Source of the DNA: Lepidodermella squamata
Taxonomy: Eukaryota; Animalia; Gastrotricha
Assembly (NCBI GenBank): GCA_047495785.1
Contig: JBLDXI010000011.1
Location: 868,001 to 932,000 of the forward strand
Reading direction: 5' to 3'
DNA: 64,000 nucleotides
In this document: piece after piece, positions 12,136 to 24,398 of the stretch
Layout of the letters: every line of letters begins with the position of its first letter
How positions within the stretch are numbered: the first letter of the stretch is position 1
The notes under the pieces: model-generated
The model's database searches: none
What the model saw: the letters and a program-made list of their open reading frames with translations, nothing else
What the model was told of the DNA's origin: nothing
Made by a program: the position numbers and the translations under genes

Positions 12136-12654
12136 GTTTGAAATAAATTCCGCGTTTTGAAATAAATGGGTAATGTTGCTTTCGCCAATTTGTGTAGCAT
12201 CCGGGGCGCTATCGGCTAACCGTTATATACGCGAATTTCACATACCCGCAAGAATACGTCCAATGGCTAGTACAAACAGTTTTAACTGAATTGGATCAGA
12301 AAATTTGCTATTAAATCGCAGTTAAATGTTTATATTTTTTCCAGATATTAGGTTGACATTGTTGCGCGTTTGATCTTATTGCATGAATATTCAGGGCAAC
12401 TCGTTGTCCTCAAAACTTTAGTAATGTACAGCTTGCAGGTGAAAATCCCGAAGCTAATGCTTTCGTTCCGAAGAATGTTCTTTATCTTGATTAAATAATA
12501 CAAATTTTGGCGGAGCAATAATTGATATTTTTCCAGCAATGAACAACAATAGCTGTACTATCATTCAGTGCTGCGTTTTTTTTGCCTCGTGCACGACTCG
12601 TGAACAGGCGCAATTAAAATGCTATATTTAGGCTCATATTATTTGACGGACACA

Positions 12655-13083
12655 CTGTAGTTACCGAAATATAAGCCTCCCCTCGATTAGAAGCCTGTCT
12701 CGTTTAGAAGCCTAGGTAAATTGGAATTCTTCGATGCATAGTCCTATCTGGAATAGTAGCCTAGGCTATTACGGCATGTGGGCTCTCCCGAGCTTAAAGG
12801 TTATAACAACGAAAAATGCCTGAAGATGTTGGATAATCTGCGACTTTTGCGACGATGATTTTTGTTGTGGCGCTCCTTATTTTCAGCTATTAGGCGACCT
12901 GGGTAATAGCTAGTAACGAAGAATTTGATGAGTTTTGAGACTGAAACACGCTAAATTACGCCACGTCTTCGTTGCATAAGCCTATCTCAAAAAGAAGCCT
13001 AGTCTTGAATAGTAGCCTACTTTTCCCCATTTTTCGAGTTATCATTTTTGCATAAGCCCGGGTTAGTATTTCGGTAACTACGG
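12655..13083. mobile_element. Tc1/mariner-pogo-type MITE
   Basis: TIR C(T/C)GTAGTTACCGAAATA ... TATTTCGGTAACTACGG followed by TA; internal AGAAGCCT subrepeats. Confidence 0.7.
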
Positions 13084-14699
13084 TAGTCCCTTATGCCATG
13101 ACGGCTACGTAATATGTACTTTTCGTTTCAAGGATTTTGAACAAGAGAAGTAACGACCGTCCAAAAGACGTTTTCCATTCAGTTGGATTGAATGCTGCTG
13201 CTAGAGTCAGTGTCCTCCTCTGAAGTGAAAATGTCCACTGTGCTAGCAAATTTTGTTTTGAATTTATTTAGGAGGGCATTAAACATCGATGACATTTCAA
13301 AAACCGACTGCTCTAGAAACTAACAAAGTTCCGTTGAAAAAGCAAGACAAGCGAGCAATCTTCGAAAGCAAAGTCGAATGTGTAAGCTTTGAACGTACAT
13401 GATGACCATTTAGAAGCTCTGAGCTCCATTCTTTCCTGTCTTGGGAGCCGTCTAGGGCGAGATGCGCCTATTGGGGATGAAAATAGCATTAATGAGCCTA
13501 GCTAGAGAATATATGAATGAGTTTAGAGCTTCGAAATGGTTATTATTGGAACCTACCAACCTGCTTTGGAGTCTGTTCGACCTTCGCGTACGAGTCGACT
13601 TACAGCGGAGTCAGTGGACTTGGTGCCCTGGAAAGACCCGCGAAAACTACGTTTCTTGAAAATTTCAAAAATTCTACACGCTTATGTCATTCAAATAATT
13701 CCGGCTATCGAAGGCATATCGAAGTGTGTGCAATCTCAATGGTGGCTGAGAAACAAATTCATCTCTTGATAATGATTTCATAGTACCCGTGAAAACAACC
13801 CATGTTTTTAGGGGACCAGGGGACTACGACGACGAGATATATGATACTGGAATATGGTGATAGTGAATATGGATGGGTAGTGGGCAGTAAACTGGATAGT
13901 GACGAGTGATAATCTCGCCGATGTGGTCCCCTAAACCCGCAAGTGAAAGGCCGGCATACCGCGGAGGCTATAAAACTGTTCATTTGGTAATTCGGTCATT
14001 GCAACTGCTTTGAAAAGGTTAGGCAGTGTGTTTTCGAATGGACAAACAATTTGAACAGTATGGTGGAACAGTATAGGCTGTTCCAGGTGAGGCTGGTCAT
14101 CATATCTTAAAATCCGAAAAGAGAGCTAGCAAAAAATTAAGGCCTTGAATGGATAAACCAAATTCGCGAGCTCGTTCGAAGCAGTCATTGCGGCCTAAAA
14201 ATTAACCGTAATAAACTAATATTGTGATTTATCTGCCTAAGATTAGATGAGGAACTCTTTGGCATATGGAACTTGGAATAGAAGAAATATAGATATTCAA
14301 AAATCTCAAAAACTTGAAATCAGATACTATTTTACAAAGAAAGAATCGAAGTTCATCAAAGGATCCAGCTTTGTGAGCTAATTTGTGAGCTTACTTCTGG
14401 CATAAGCAAAATCCCGAATTCATATCAAATAGCAATATTTATAAAGGATAACTGCTATTGATGGGGTTGAGGGTGTAAAAATTATATCCCTAACCCAGTG
14501 TTTGTTTTTAAGGAAAAGTTCAGTGTTTACCCAAAACATAGTTCGGTGTTTACCCCTTTTCGCCTTATAATTACAGGAATTTTTCGGTATAAAATTGCGG
14601 GAAATGTATATCGAAAACAGCATTGCCGAAAACGTCAGACATCATCACAAGGCTCATGAGTCAAATATACACATGGTTGATGGTCGAACCAGGGTCCCC

Positions 14700-14900
14700 A
14701 GGCTTTGTGTACTGAGTAGCCATATCTTGATTGCCGGTGAATGGCGTCCTACACCGGTTGCGGTTCTGGGCATTGACGTGCCTTTTCGCCGCGCTGCAGT
14801 TTGGCGGACAAGTCAACGACGACGACCGGCTGTCTGTTGGGAACGAGAAGCTGCCGAAGGTTGCAACGGCGAAGAACCTGGGTGTCACGTTTGACGCGAT
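14700..14900 (+). pseudogene. LINE RT fragment
   Basis: VGNEKLPKVATAKNLGVTFD motif; followed by a hAT-like end (TTTGAGAACCCCTG). Confidence 0.55.
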
Positions 14901-17119
14901 CGGCCTTGGTCGCGTGCCCCAAATGGGGCACCGTCGCGAAAAAGTTTGAGAACCCCTGGAATAAATAGCATAATCCCGTCCCCAAACGTAGCGCTCTTAT
15001 ATTGAAAATTTATACATACCTATAATGCATCATGCACCATGAAATCAATTATGGAATGAATTTCCGCTATATTTCGAATTATTAGGGTCAATTTCCGATT
15101 TCACTTCGAATTCGATGGCCAATTCGACGATGAAGACAAAATTGTTAACAAATTATGAAAAAATCCACTAGTTTTTTCTAGAATCAAGTAATATTTTCGA
15201 ACATTTGTGATATTTAGTTAAAAAAAATCGAAAATCGAATTCCTTAAATCCCAAAAAACCTCATTTTTCATCAATAAATAGGGATTAGTTAATTCACCGA
15301 TGGTTCTATTTTTGAATGCTGGGGGTGTATCCAAGGTTTTTTTTTTAGTAATTTCAGGTTATTCCCATGGAAAATTCTCCAAATTTTTCGCTCGCTTCGC
15401 TCGTGTTCTGGCATCTTTCTTCCCCACGTTAAATGGCCGAAAGAGAATTATAAGGAGAATTACAAGTCCATGCTATTTGCAGTATTTTTTAATACGACTG
15501 AATGAAAATCACGGCAGAGAAAAGCGTCAGCTAAGCTCACTAATGCCCATGAATAACTTTATATCCCAAATGGAGCTCAAAAATTCGGGGGAATTATAAA
15601 TGGCAAAATTTTGAAATTGTGAAAGCAAGAAAAGACGATGAATGACATAAGAAAATGCAAAGGAACATAAACAAGCATATTGATATATGCGAGCGAGCGC
15701 AATTTTTTTGGAAGGAAACCCCAATCCCCCCCTCGGCAAAAATCCTACTTTCTACGCTGTTTGTAACACAACTTGCCTTGAACAAAGTCGTTTGCTCCGA
15801 AAAAGACAAAGGAAAAATGTCATCACATTTTACAGGATAATAAATAGGAACTAGCTTTGCTGTACAGTTTTCTTTAAGAGCGATTAGAGCTATTATGATT
15901 ATGGCTATTTGAGAGCTAAGACCCTATTGCAAATAGCGATCGTTATTAGATCTTAATATAGCTTAATAGCTTAACGACAGCGCTAGCCTATAACGTGTAG
16001 TGTTATCAGGTAGACCGTGCTATTGGGTACTATCGCCCATCGTGCTGCTATCCTCAACGTCTTATTCGAACAGTTTATATTTTATATCAGTGCTTCGCAA
16101 ACTTAAAAAACCGGAAAGCCTTAGCCCCGGCCCCAATTTTGGCTGAAAATAGTGCAGATTTTCGGGTTATGATCGTGCGAAAATAGGCATCCGGCCGCAT
16201 TCCAGCAATCTTTGAGAAACCGGTCGCCATGAACTGCCCAGCCGGCCGCACGCGATCGGAAACAAATCCCAGTTTGCGGAGCACTGATTTAAATGAAAAA
16301 TGCGGCCCAAGTTGAATAAATGAAATTGGGCGGTGGTTCAACCAACGAGGGCGAGTTCTGTTTACTTCTAGGGCGCGCCTCTTCAAAACGAGGGCGCGCT
16401 ATTATTAAATGAGGGCTGAGATTAAACGATGGCGAACTTTTACCTTTTGGGGCGGCAGATTTTATTTTACCGCATTTCTTACATGAGACGTAGTTAGGAC
16501 ACCGGGGCTTGGACCCTGCAATGTAATCAAAATGTTGGCGATGAATACGGATGAATACATTAAAAGCTGGGTTATTTACTATAAAAAGTGACCTTTGACC
16601 CTCATTATCTGCCAACACTTTTTTCTCGTAAAAAAGCCAGCTGCGGTGTCCTAGCTACGTCTCATGATTTCTTAAGATAGTCAGCAAGCGCGTAGCTCTA
16701 CGTCTGGCAAATTTTAAGTCAGTAAAGCGAGCTGAATGCAATAGCCGCGTCCTTTTTTCTAAATCTATCTCAGTTTTCGCGATGTGGTATACCCAAAATC
16801 GGTAAAGAGAGCCTTAAATTGCGCCTCCCCATATCAAGCGGCCCTGATAAATTGTTGCTCAAGTTGAAGTCCGCGGACGAGAGAACCGTACCTTTTTTGG
16901 CTGAAATGCAATGCTGTAAGCTGTTTCACGGTAAAATGGTAGTGGCATCATACAGGGTGTTCATTTTAAAACCGAACATCCGCCTCGCGCGTTGGAAAAA
17001 TCGCATGATACCGCAAAATTTTATGCACAAAATTAAATATCCTTTTGAAAATATTTTTATTTTATTATAACCCGATTTTATTTTATTATTTTATTATTTT
17101 ATTAACGTTTTTATTATTA

Positions 17120-18600
17120 AACCCGAAGCAGCGGGCGGCCCGCCCCCATTCGTAATAAAACCTGCGGGCGGCCCGCCGCCACGCAGCGCCAGTCCCGCTC
17201 CTCTCACAGCGCCAGTTCCGCCGCCTCGCAGCACCAGTCCCGCTCCCGCACAGCGCCAGTCCCGCTTGTCCTCATTGCGCGCACAATAGCGTGTTTTAAG
17301 GTGCCCGGCCGCCGGCCGAACAAACGAAGCGTCATATTAACCTGATATCGACTTTATAACTGTATTATTGAATTGAATTGTTATAATTAGAATAATTGAA
17401 AAATTCAGATTTCATTTTGTCGATTTGCTGTTTTCTTGTTATTTTCCTAAATTTATGACGTAGTAATTAGGCCTGCGTGCGCGCGAATAAGACCGGCCAG
17501 TCACAAATTTATCTCTTTATTTCTCTTTCTCGCGCGCGCCCTAATTTCACCATTGCTTTACGATGATATCTAATGACCGCGCGTACTCGCAGTAATAAAA
17601 ACAAACAAAAGTGTGACCTGAGCGCAACTTGTGGTATTAGACTCTAAGGCGCGCGCGCATATTTTACAATTTTATAATATTTCAGCCGCGCGGGCTGATT
17701 TCATAGAGCTACTTCAATATTATTTGGCGGTATTGATAGCAAAATTAAATTCAGAAAAATATCTTTCGGCTGAATACCCATAGCCCATAGGTGAACGGCC
17801 GGCGAGCAAAATCAGTGAGAAGTACGAGGGTACTAAACATCGCGAGCTTATTATGAGTCTCACACAAAACCGACTTGAAACTTTGAGTGCGCGTGAAAAA
17901 TTTTCCCTATCATTTATACGCGCGAGAACCCCATATTCAATCAATAGAGAATTAAATGAATTTTATTTTAGTATAAAAACCGCCAAATTATTCGAATGTA
18001 ACCCTTTAATATCAATGCGCGCGGTAAATAATGCCATAAAATTATAAATCGGCGCGCGCGAAAGCCTCACTATTATTTTCATAGGCGGTCTCGAATTCTG
18101 TCTGTCAAAAATTGTATAACGGAATTTGCTATCTATTGTTAATTAACGTCTATTCGATTCAATTTTAATTAAATAATAGTAATTTTTATTGAATTTTCCA
18201 CGTGCATTTAAAAATATAAAAAGTGACTTCAAAATTACGCTGAAATAATGGCTGAAGCAATAAAATGTACCTATTCCGCGCGCGCGCGCCTATATTATGA
18301 AAGGGTCATAAATAACACCGCGGTATTTATTACTATTTACCCTTCCTTATTTAGGACACTGTGCTAAAATACTGTGCTGGTTAAAATAAAATGAAAAAAT
18401 GAGATGCAAATAAAACAAATCAATTTACAGCCGATCTGTTTAGTTGTATCAAATTCAAGCGCGCGCGTAGGTGAGAGGCGGTGGAACTGGCGCTGCGAAG
18501 GAGGCGGACCGCACACTGCGAGGCGGTGGAACTGGCGCTGAGAGGTGGCGGACTACCTATGGCGCGCGTTACGAAGGGCGGCGGGCCGCATGCAGAGACA
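17120..18600. repeat. Degenerate fold-back region with GC-rich CAGCGCCAGT(C/T)CCGC subrepeats
   Basis: 17170-17270 is the inverted match of 18470-18550; 17720-17750 is the inverted match of 17950-17990; frequent GCGCGCG. Confidence 0.6.
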
Positions 18601-19417
18601 AGTGGGGCTGACGTGACTTGCCTTCTAGCGCTGTCTATTGCTACAGTTTGCCTATACCTGTAGCCGCCTGTCATCGCCTGCCACGGCCTGCCATAGCCTG
18701 CCGAAATCAGGTCAATTTCGGCACGGTCCCTAAGCCTAAACAAGCATTTTTTGTGACGTTTTTCGCAGTTCTTGGGCGTATAACCACGAAAACTTCCATC
18801 TGAGTGCGGTTATTCCTTGCGGAAACAGTGTTTCTAAGTATAGTTATATATTCTCTACAAGATTACCACAGTCGCTCTTGTTGGATGATGGTTATTTTTA
18901 GCATACCTGCCCTAACAGCCAGTCGGTCTTTCAGAGCATAGATCTCATTATCACCATCTTCAAGGAGGTCCATGCCTTCAAATCACCCGTCAAAAACGCT
19001 GTCTCTCATTGTTTTCTTGTAAAGCAGAGTTAATACTTCTTAGTTACCGTGACTTTTTGGGGGGTCACCGCGGTTTTTCACTTGCTGCTGCTATGGATAC
19101 ATTCCGTCTAGAAAATGGAGTTTTTCGGGATATTCGGAACATTTATGATATTTGCAAACAATTCAGCGGTCAAATGGGCGGTCAAATGAGTGAATCTACT
19201 AGAAGACGTAAATAAGTTGACACTAAAACAAGAAAATGCCGGTGTTGCCATACTAACTCTTGAGCAGGAGTGACTCCCTTCTGCCATACCTGCTGAGTTA
19301 GATCTCATCCTCTGGTCAGATGAGCACTCTTCAAGAAGGCCCATGTTATGTAATCTGCTTAATTAGCATTGTTAATCATTGTTTTCTTGTAGAATAGAGT
19401 GTAAATTTCTTAGTTAA

Positions 19418-22400
19418 CACTTTAACTGCCCAAATAAGGGTCAAAAAACGACATTTAGATCCAAATATTGGATCCAGATTTTAGACCCAGATTCTGGCTC
19501 TGAGAATTGGATCTAAATATCAGACCCAGATTCTGGATCCAGATTTTGGATCCAAGAATTAGATCCACTTTTTGGAGCTGTTGTTATTTTCACTGTATTT
19601 TAACGCATTTTCAATGCGGCTCTATATCCTTGTAGGAAAATGAGGATTACCAACAAGCCCCGAGTGACACTTTGACACCAGGCCGTCGACAGGAGAGGAA
19701 GAAACTAGTTTATTTGCTCTCTATATAGCCAGAGATAGCCCGAATTATCACACTTTTTAGCTCAACATTTATTTAATCTATAAGCTGTAATACAAATCAC
19801 GGTAAAAGTGTACTGAAGACACTTTAAGTGACAAGGGTCTTGCTTTTAAGGGTGGACTATATGAAAATATGCGTAAATTAGTCAGAAGAGATGCTTGTTT
19901 CAATATGAGCGTATCTGTGACATAACGTTTAGCCGTTTGTAACCCGATATAATAGTCTTATTAATCAATTGTGATGGATTAGAAGCTCAGGGGTTATCAG
20001 TATCCCACCTCACACGAAAGGTTCACTCGACAGCTTGAACAATGAACCATGGTAAGTAGGTCAGTAGGGCGAGAACAGAAAAACAGAGCATACCTATGCC
20101 AATTATTATGGACGCCTAATTTTATTCAATATGACATGGAGTATTCTTTCCGACAAATGCCTAATTTCTTCCGAAAATCAGGAGGGCTGGAATCGCCCCG
20201 TATTAGACTGATAAAGAATCGAGCTTAGCCAAATACCTCAATTCAAACAGAAGTGAAATTAGTTCGTATCCCCAGGTATACATATACCGTCTACCGAAAC
20301 CGATCGAACCCAGACGAAAAAGCACCAAAGATTGCTGAAGCACGCGGATGGGTAGATTGTCCAACATCTTAGCATTTTATTTCTTCAAAAGTGGATAAAT
20401 CGTCGAAAAAACGATGCTTGGCCAGCTCGAATCGAATCCGCGGGAAATTCAGAATTTTCTTTCTTTTCAAACTGAGATGCTGGAAAATCTACTCAATCGC
20501 GGGCTTCAACAATTTTTTTGTCCACCCAATAGTGTGGATTCAGCGGTTGCACTAAGGATAGCAATCGCAGACTTGATTTTTTGGAAAAAAAGTATTTTCA
20601 GCTTGAAATGAAATGATGATTTTTGACATTCTGGTTTATATGCTCGTTCCAATAGGAATAGAAGAGGCCCACTTTTCGATGATTTTAGACTTTGGACTTT
20701 TTAACTTCACATAAAACATGCAGTGTTGGCAGTATAATAATAGAATTATATAATACCTATCCACTATACCTCTATAGACTATATTCACTATTCAGGTGAA
20801 TCGTTTCCCAGTACTGAATTTCAGATGAAATTATTCGTGTAAAATAAGATACTTTGACTTGAAGTTAACACAAGGATCTTGCAGAGGAGCGATCCAAGTG
20901 GCATCACGATTCTCTACGTGGGAGAAGAGGGTTGTTGGTTTTTTGGTTCGTGATAGCCAAGTTATTCATCGCTGAGGGTCTGACCTCTGCGATTGCGAAA
21001 GTCCTACAATGGGCTTCTAAGCCGCGGTTTAATTCTACTAGGACTAAGAGAATAATTAAGTTTTACTAATTTGATTAGCATTACAGCGGAATTCTCATGA
21101 CTGAGAAGGCGTCTCTGGTCCATTTCGAATGGGCTCAAATGAAAAATGGAAATCACGTCAATTATACCGTGACACTCAAGTCGTGGGGCAATCATTCGAT
21201 TTACAGCAATTTACTAAATATTTTGTGTACAATTGAATTGAATTTCGGCTCGAATTTGACGAACGAATTCTCCCAGTGAGACGAGTCGGGTGATATAAAA
21301 ACCTCTTTTGAAGTTTTCGCCAAATATAATATTCAAGGATTCGTAGTAGAAGTGAGTTATGGCTAATGGCTATAATTTGAAATAATTGATCACCTTTAAT
21401 CCTAAAATTTGAAGTTTTGACAAATGAATTACGCTCATTGACAGTAATTTCCGAGCCATAATTTGCAAATTATAATTCGAGCGAATTATTTAGTAAATAG
21501 CTGTGATGATACATTTCATTAGTTTGCTCAAAAAGTGCTGCTATCTGCTATAATGGGATATTAAAGCTCCAGGGATACTAAAATGTTGGCAGGATCCCCC
21601 AAAAAAACCGAGTCGTTTTAAACATAAAGTGTCCTACTAGTGAAAAAACCGGTAGATTCAAACAGTTCTCGATGCTCGTTAAAGTATAACGCATGCGCGA
21701 GCGCATACTTACTGCCCACGGTTAAACAGGGGATATCGTTAGCGTCGTTGAGTAACTCGGATATAGGCTTGTTTACGTCAGTTTTAAAGTAAAATGTTGC
21801 CAGTAAAAAGTCATTTCTTGCCTCTTCATTCACGTAAAAAAACACCGCTTTTTACTTGTCATCAAAATGACGTAAACAAGCCTGAGTCTGAGTTATTCAA
21901 CGACGCTATCGATATCCATCAAAAATCCATCATTAGTACTAAATATCCATCAAAAGTAAGTATTTGTACCTATCTTTCTTTACTGCTACATCCAAGATAA
22001 TTTAGCAACCGGTCGAAACTTTCAGGCACATCAAAAGTTATCAATAACTTACGTCTCGTACCATACGGAGTATGATCAGACGATGAGGCAAGAAAATCCG
22101 TAAAAATAGAGAAAAAATTGCCAGGGGACACCTGAGACACCGTTCGATAGCCCGATGGATTATCTGATGAATTGCTTCTGCTTTCTATTTTTTGAAAAAT
22201 TTCTAGCTCTATTGTGCAATAGAATTTGAATGATTATGACAGAACTAAGACTTATGTTTCGTTCGCCACGTGAACGCATAATTAATTTGAGAACTTCATA
22301 TAGCTAAGCAATTAAACTCAGTGCCATCACTTGTTGATGAATTTGGGCTTGAATACCAATCGAAAAAAGGTGAAATAGAGCAAGATCCAGAAACCAGAGC

Positions 22401-22546
22401 CAGTTCTCAGAGCCAGCTTCTGGATCCAGAATCGGGATCTGATATTTAGATCTAATTCTTAGAGCTGGAATCTGGATCCAAAATCTGGATCTAATATTTG
22501 GATCTAAATCCTGGAGCTCGGACCCCTTATTTGGGCAGTTAAAGTG
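19418..22546. mobile_element. Non-autonomous piggyBac-type element, TTAA TSD
   Basis: TTAA-CACTTTAACTGCCCAAATAAGGG ... CCCTTATTTGGGCAGTTAAAGTG-TTAA, with ~140-bp inverted subterminal GGATCCAGA arrays. The rejoined flanks match the ~370-bp unit at 19007-19375. Confidence 0.88.
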
Positions 22547-24398
22547 TTAACATGTCTTTTTTGGGGGTCACCGTGGTTTTTCACGTTTTATGGCTTAAGA
22601 CGCATTTACATGTTAAAATGGAGTTTTTCGGGTTTATTGGAACTTTATTGATGTTTGGTAGTAATTCAACGGTCAGATTTGGGTAAAATTGGCTGATTTT
22701 GTTTAGAGACCATGTCAGTATGACAATTGAGCAGGAAAAGCTGGTGTTGCCGCCGTAATTCGAGCGCAGGATCGACTTTCGTCTGCCATACCCACTCTCG
22801 TTCGACGTCATCATTAGGCCAGATCAGCATCCTTAAAGATGGTCCTTAAAATAATCTGGCAAGATCAAAGGCATTTGAGATCAGCTTTGATTGGTCGGGA
22901 GGAGTTAACTACGGCAACACTGTGGACAACGTTGTATCACAACATCAAGATGAGAGATTATCAAAGGTAAAGAAGGAAGGAAATGTGTCTTCCGCATCAG
23001 CAACATCCATGTCATTGACATGTTTTCGCCCGGCTTTCCGTCTATTTACATGATACCACTGCCCTTTTCATCGTGAAACAGCTAGTTTCATTGCATTTCG
23101 TCCATAAAAGGGTACGTTTCTCTAATCCGCAGACTCAAACTTGAGCAAAAATTTATCAAGGCCGCTTGATATATCATTAGCATCCTCAATGACAGCAGAA
23201 AACCACGTTGCACCGCCGTCGTCTTGATCCCAGCGGTGGATTTCAACGGCAAGGAACCGCAATTTAAGGCTCTTTTTACCGATTTTGGGTATATTACATC
23301 GCGAAAACTGAGATAGCTTAGGAAAAAAGGGCGCGGCTATTGCATTCAGCTCGCTTTACTGACTTGAAATTTGTCAGGCATGGAGCTGCGCGCTTGCTGA
23401 CTATCTTAAGAACTGGGTTAGAAAACCCTGATTTCAGGCGTTTTAACGGCTAAAATTTGAAAACCAACGCGGCGAAGTGGTAACGCGCGCTAAAATTCAA
23501 GGGCATTTTGCAATTGAAAATAAAATTAAAAATAATTATTGAAAGTGTTTAAAAATTATTTTAGTAGATTATTTTCTCAAATTAACCGGCAGATTTATTT
23601 TCGCGACTACGGCAGGAGATGTTCGGTTTTAAAATGAACACCCTGTATATTTAAATGGACGGAAAGACGGCTGAAAAAATGTCGATTTTGTATCTATAGA
23701 TGTTGTAGATCCGATTGCTCCTTCCTCATTATCAATAACCTCACACATCCTGGTGTTGGTATACTACGTCATCCGCAACGATAACTTAGTCCTTTCTTCC
23801 TGGCTGATCAAAGCTGATCTCAAAGGCTTTGCCGCGGTTATATTCAGCATTTTCTATCAGAGCTATCAATATAAAAAAGCAGCAAGGCAAAAGGTGATCA
23901 GAGATTTGATTGGTAATTGAGCCACTAAACTTGTGTTTTTTATATTTGCCGTTCGTAACGTCGTCATGTTAAACTTCCTCGCTAAGGATAGTGGTTCATA
24001 TGCCTTTTACTAAGCATAACCCTGGCCATCTTGCTTAGGATGTCCTTAGCAAGTAACACTGTAAAAAACAACTCATTTTGTAGCATGCTAGGTAGCAAGT
24101 TTCAATGCTCTTGGCGATACTTGCTATTTAATGAGTTTATTCGTGCTAAAGAAATTGGAGGTCATTAAAGAGCAAGTTGCCTTGTAGCAAGTATGTAGAA
24201 AGTCGGTTGCTACCCTGCTCATTTTGTAGCGACCATTCCAACCTCGCCCGAACCACGCCTACAATAATTAAAACGCGCCCAAAATGCCAGTAATCACATT
24301 TTATTGTCCATTTATCGCAATTGCGACGAGAATATAAAACAAAATCAGGCTTCAGAGCAGCCTAGCAAAGCTCAAATGTCGCGATTTTTCAGTTATAT

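Larger units (their letters stand above)
16953..23645. mobile_element. Tc1/mariner-type TIR pair enclosing 6.7 kb of nested repeats
   Basis: TA-CAGGGTGTTCATTTTAAAACCGAACATC ... GATGTTCGGTTTTAAAATGAACACCCTG-TA (28-bp perfect TIR). Could instead be ends of two separate copies. Confidence 0.6.

Noticed and set aside
16087-16618. Zinc-finger gene (CPNYVSCKKC)
   Set aside because: No coherent spliced model or complete motif could be built.
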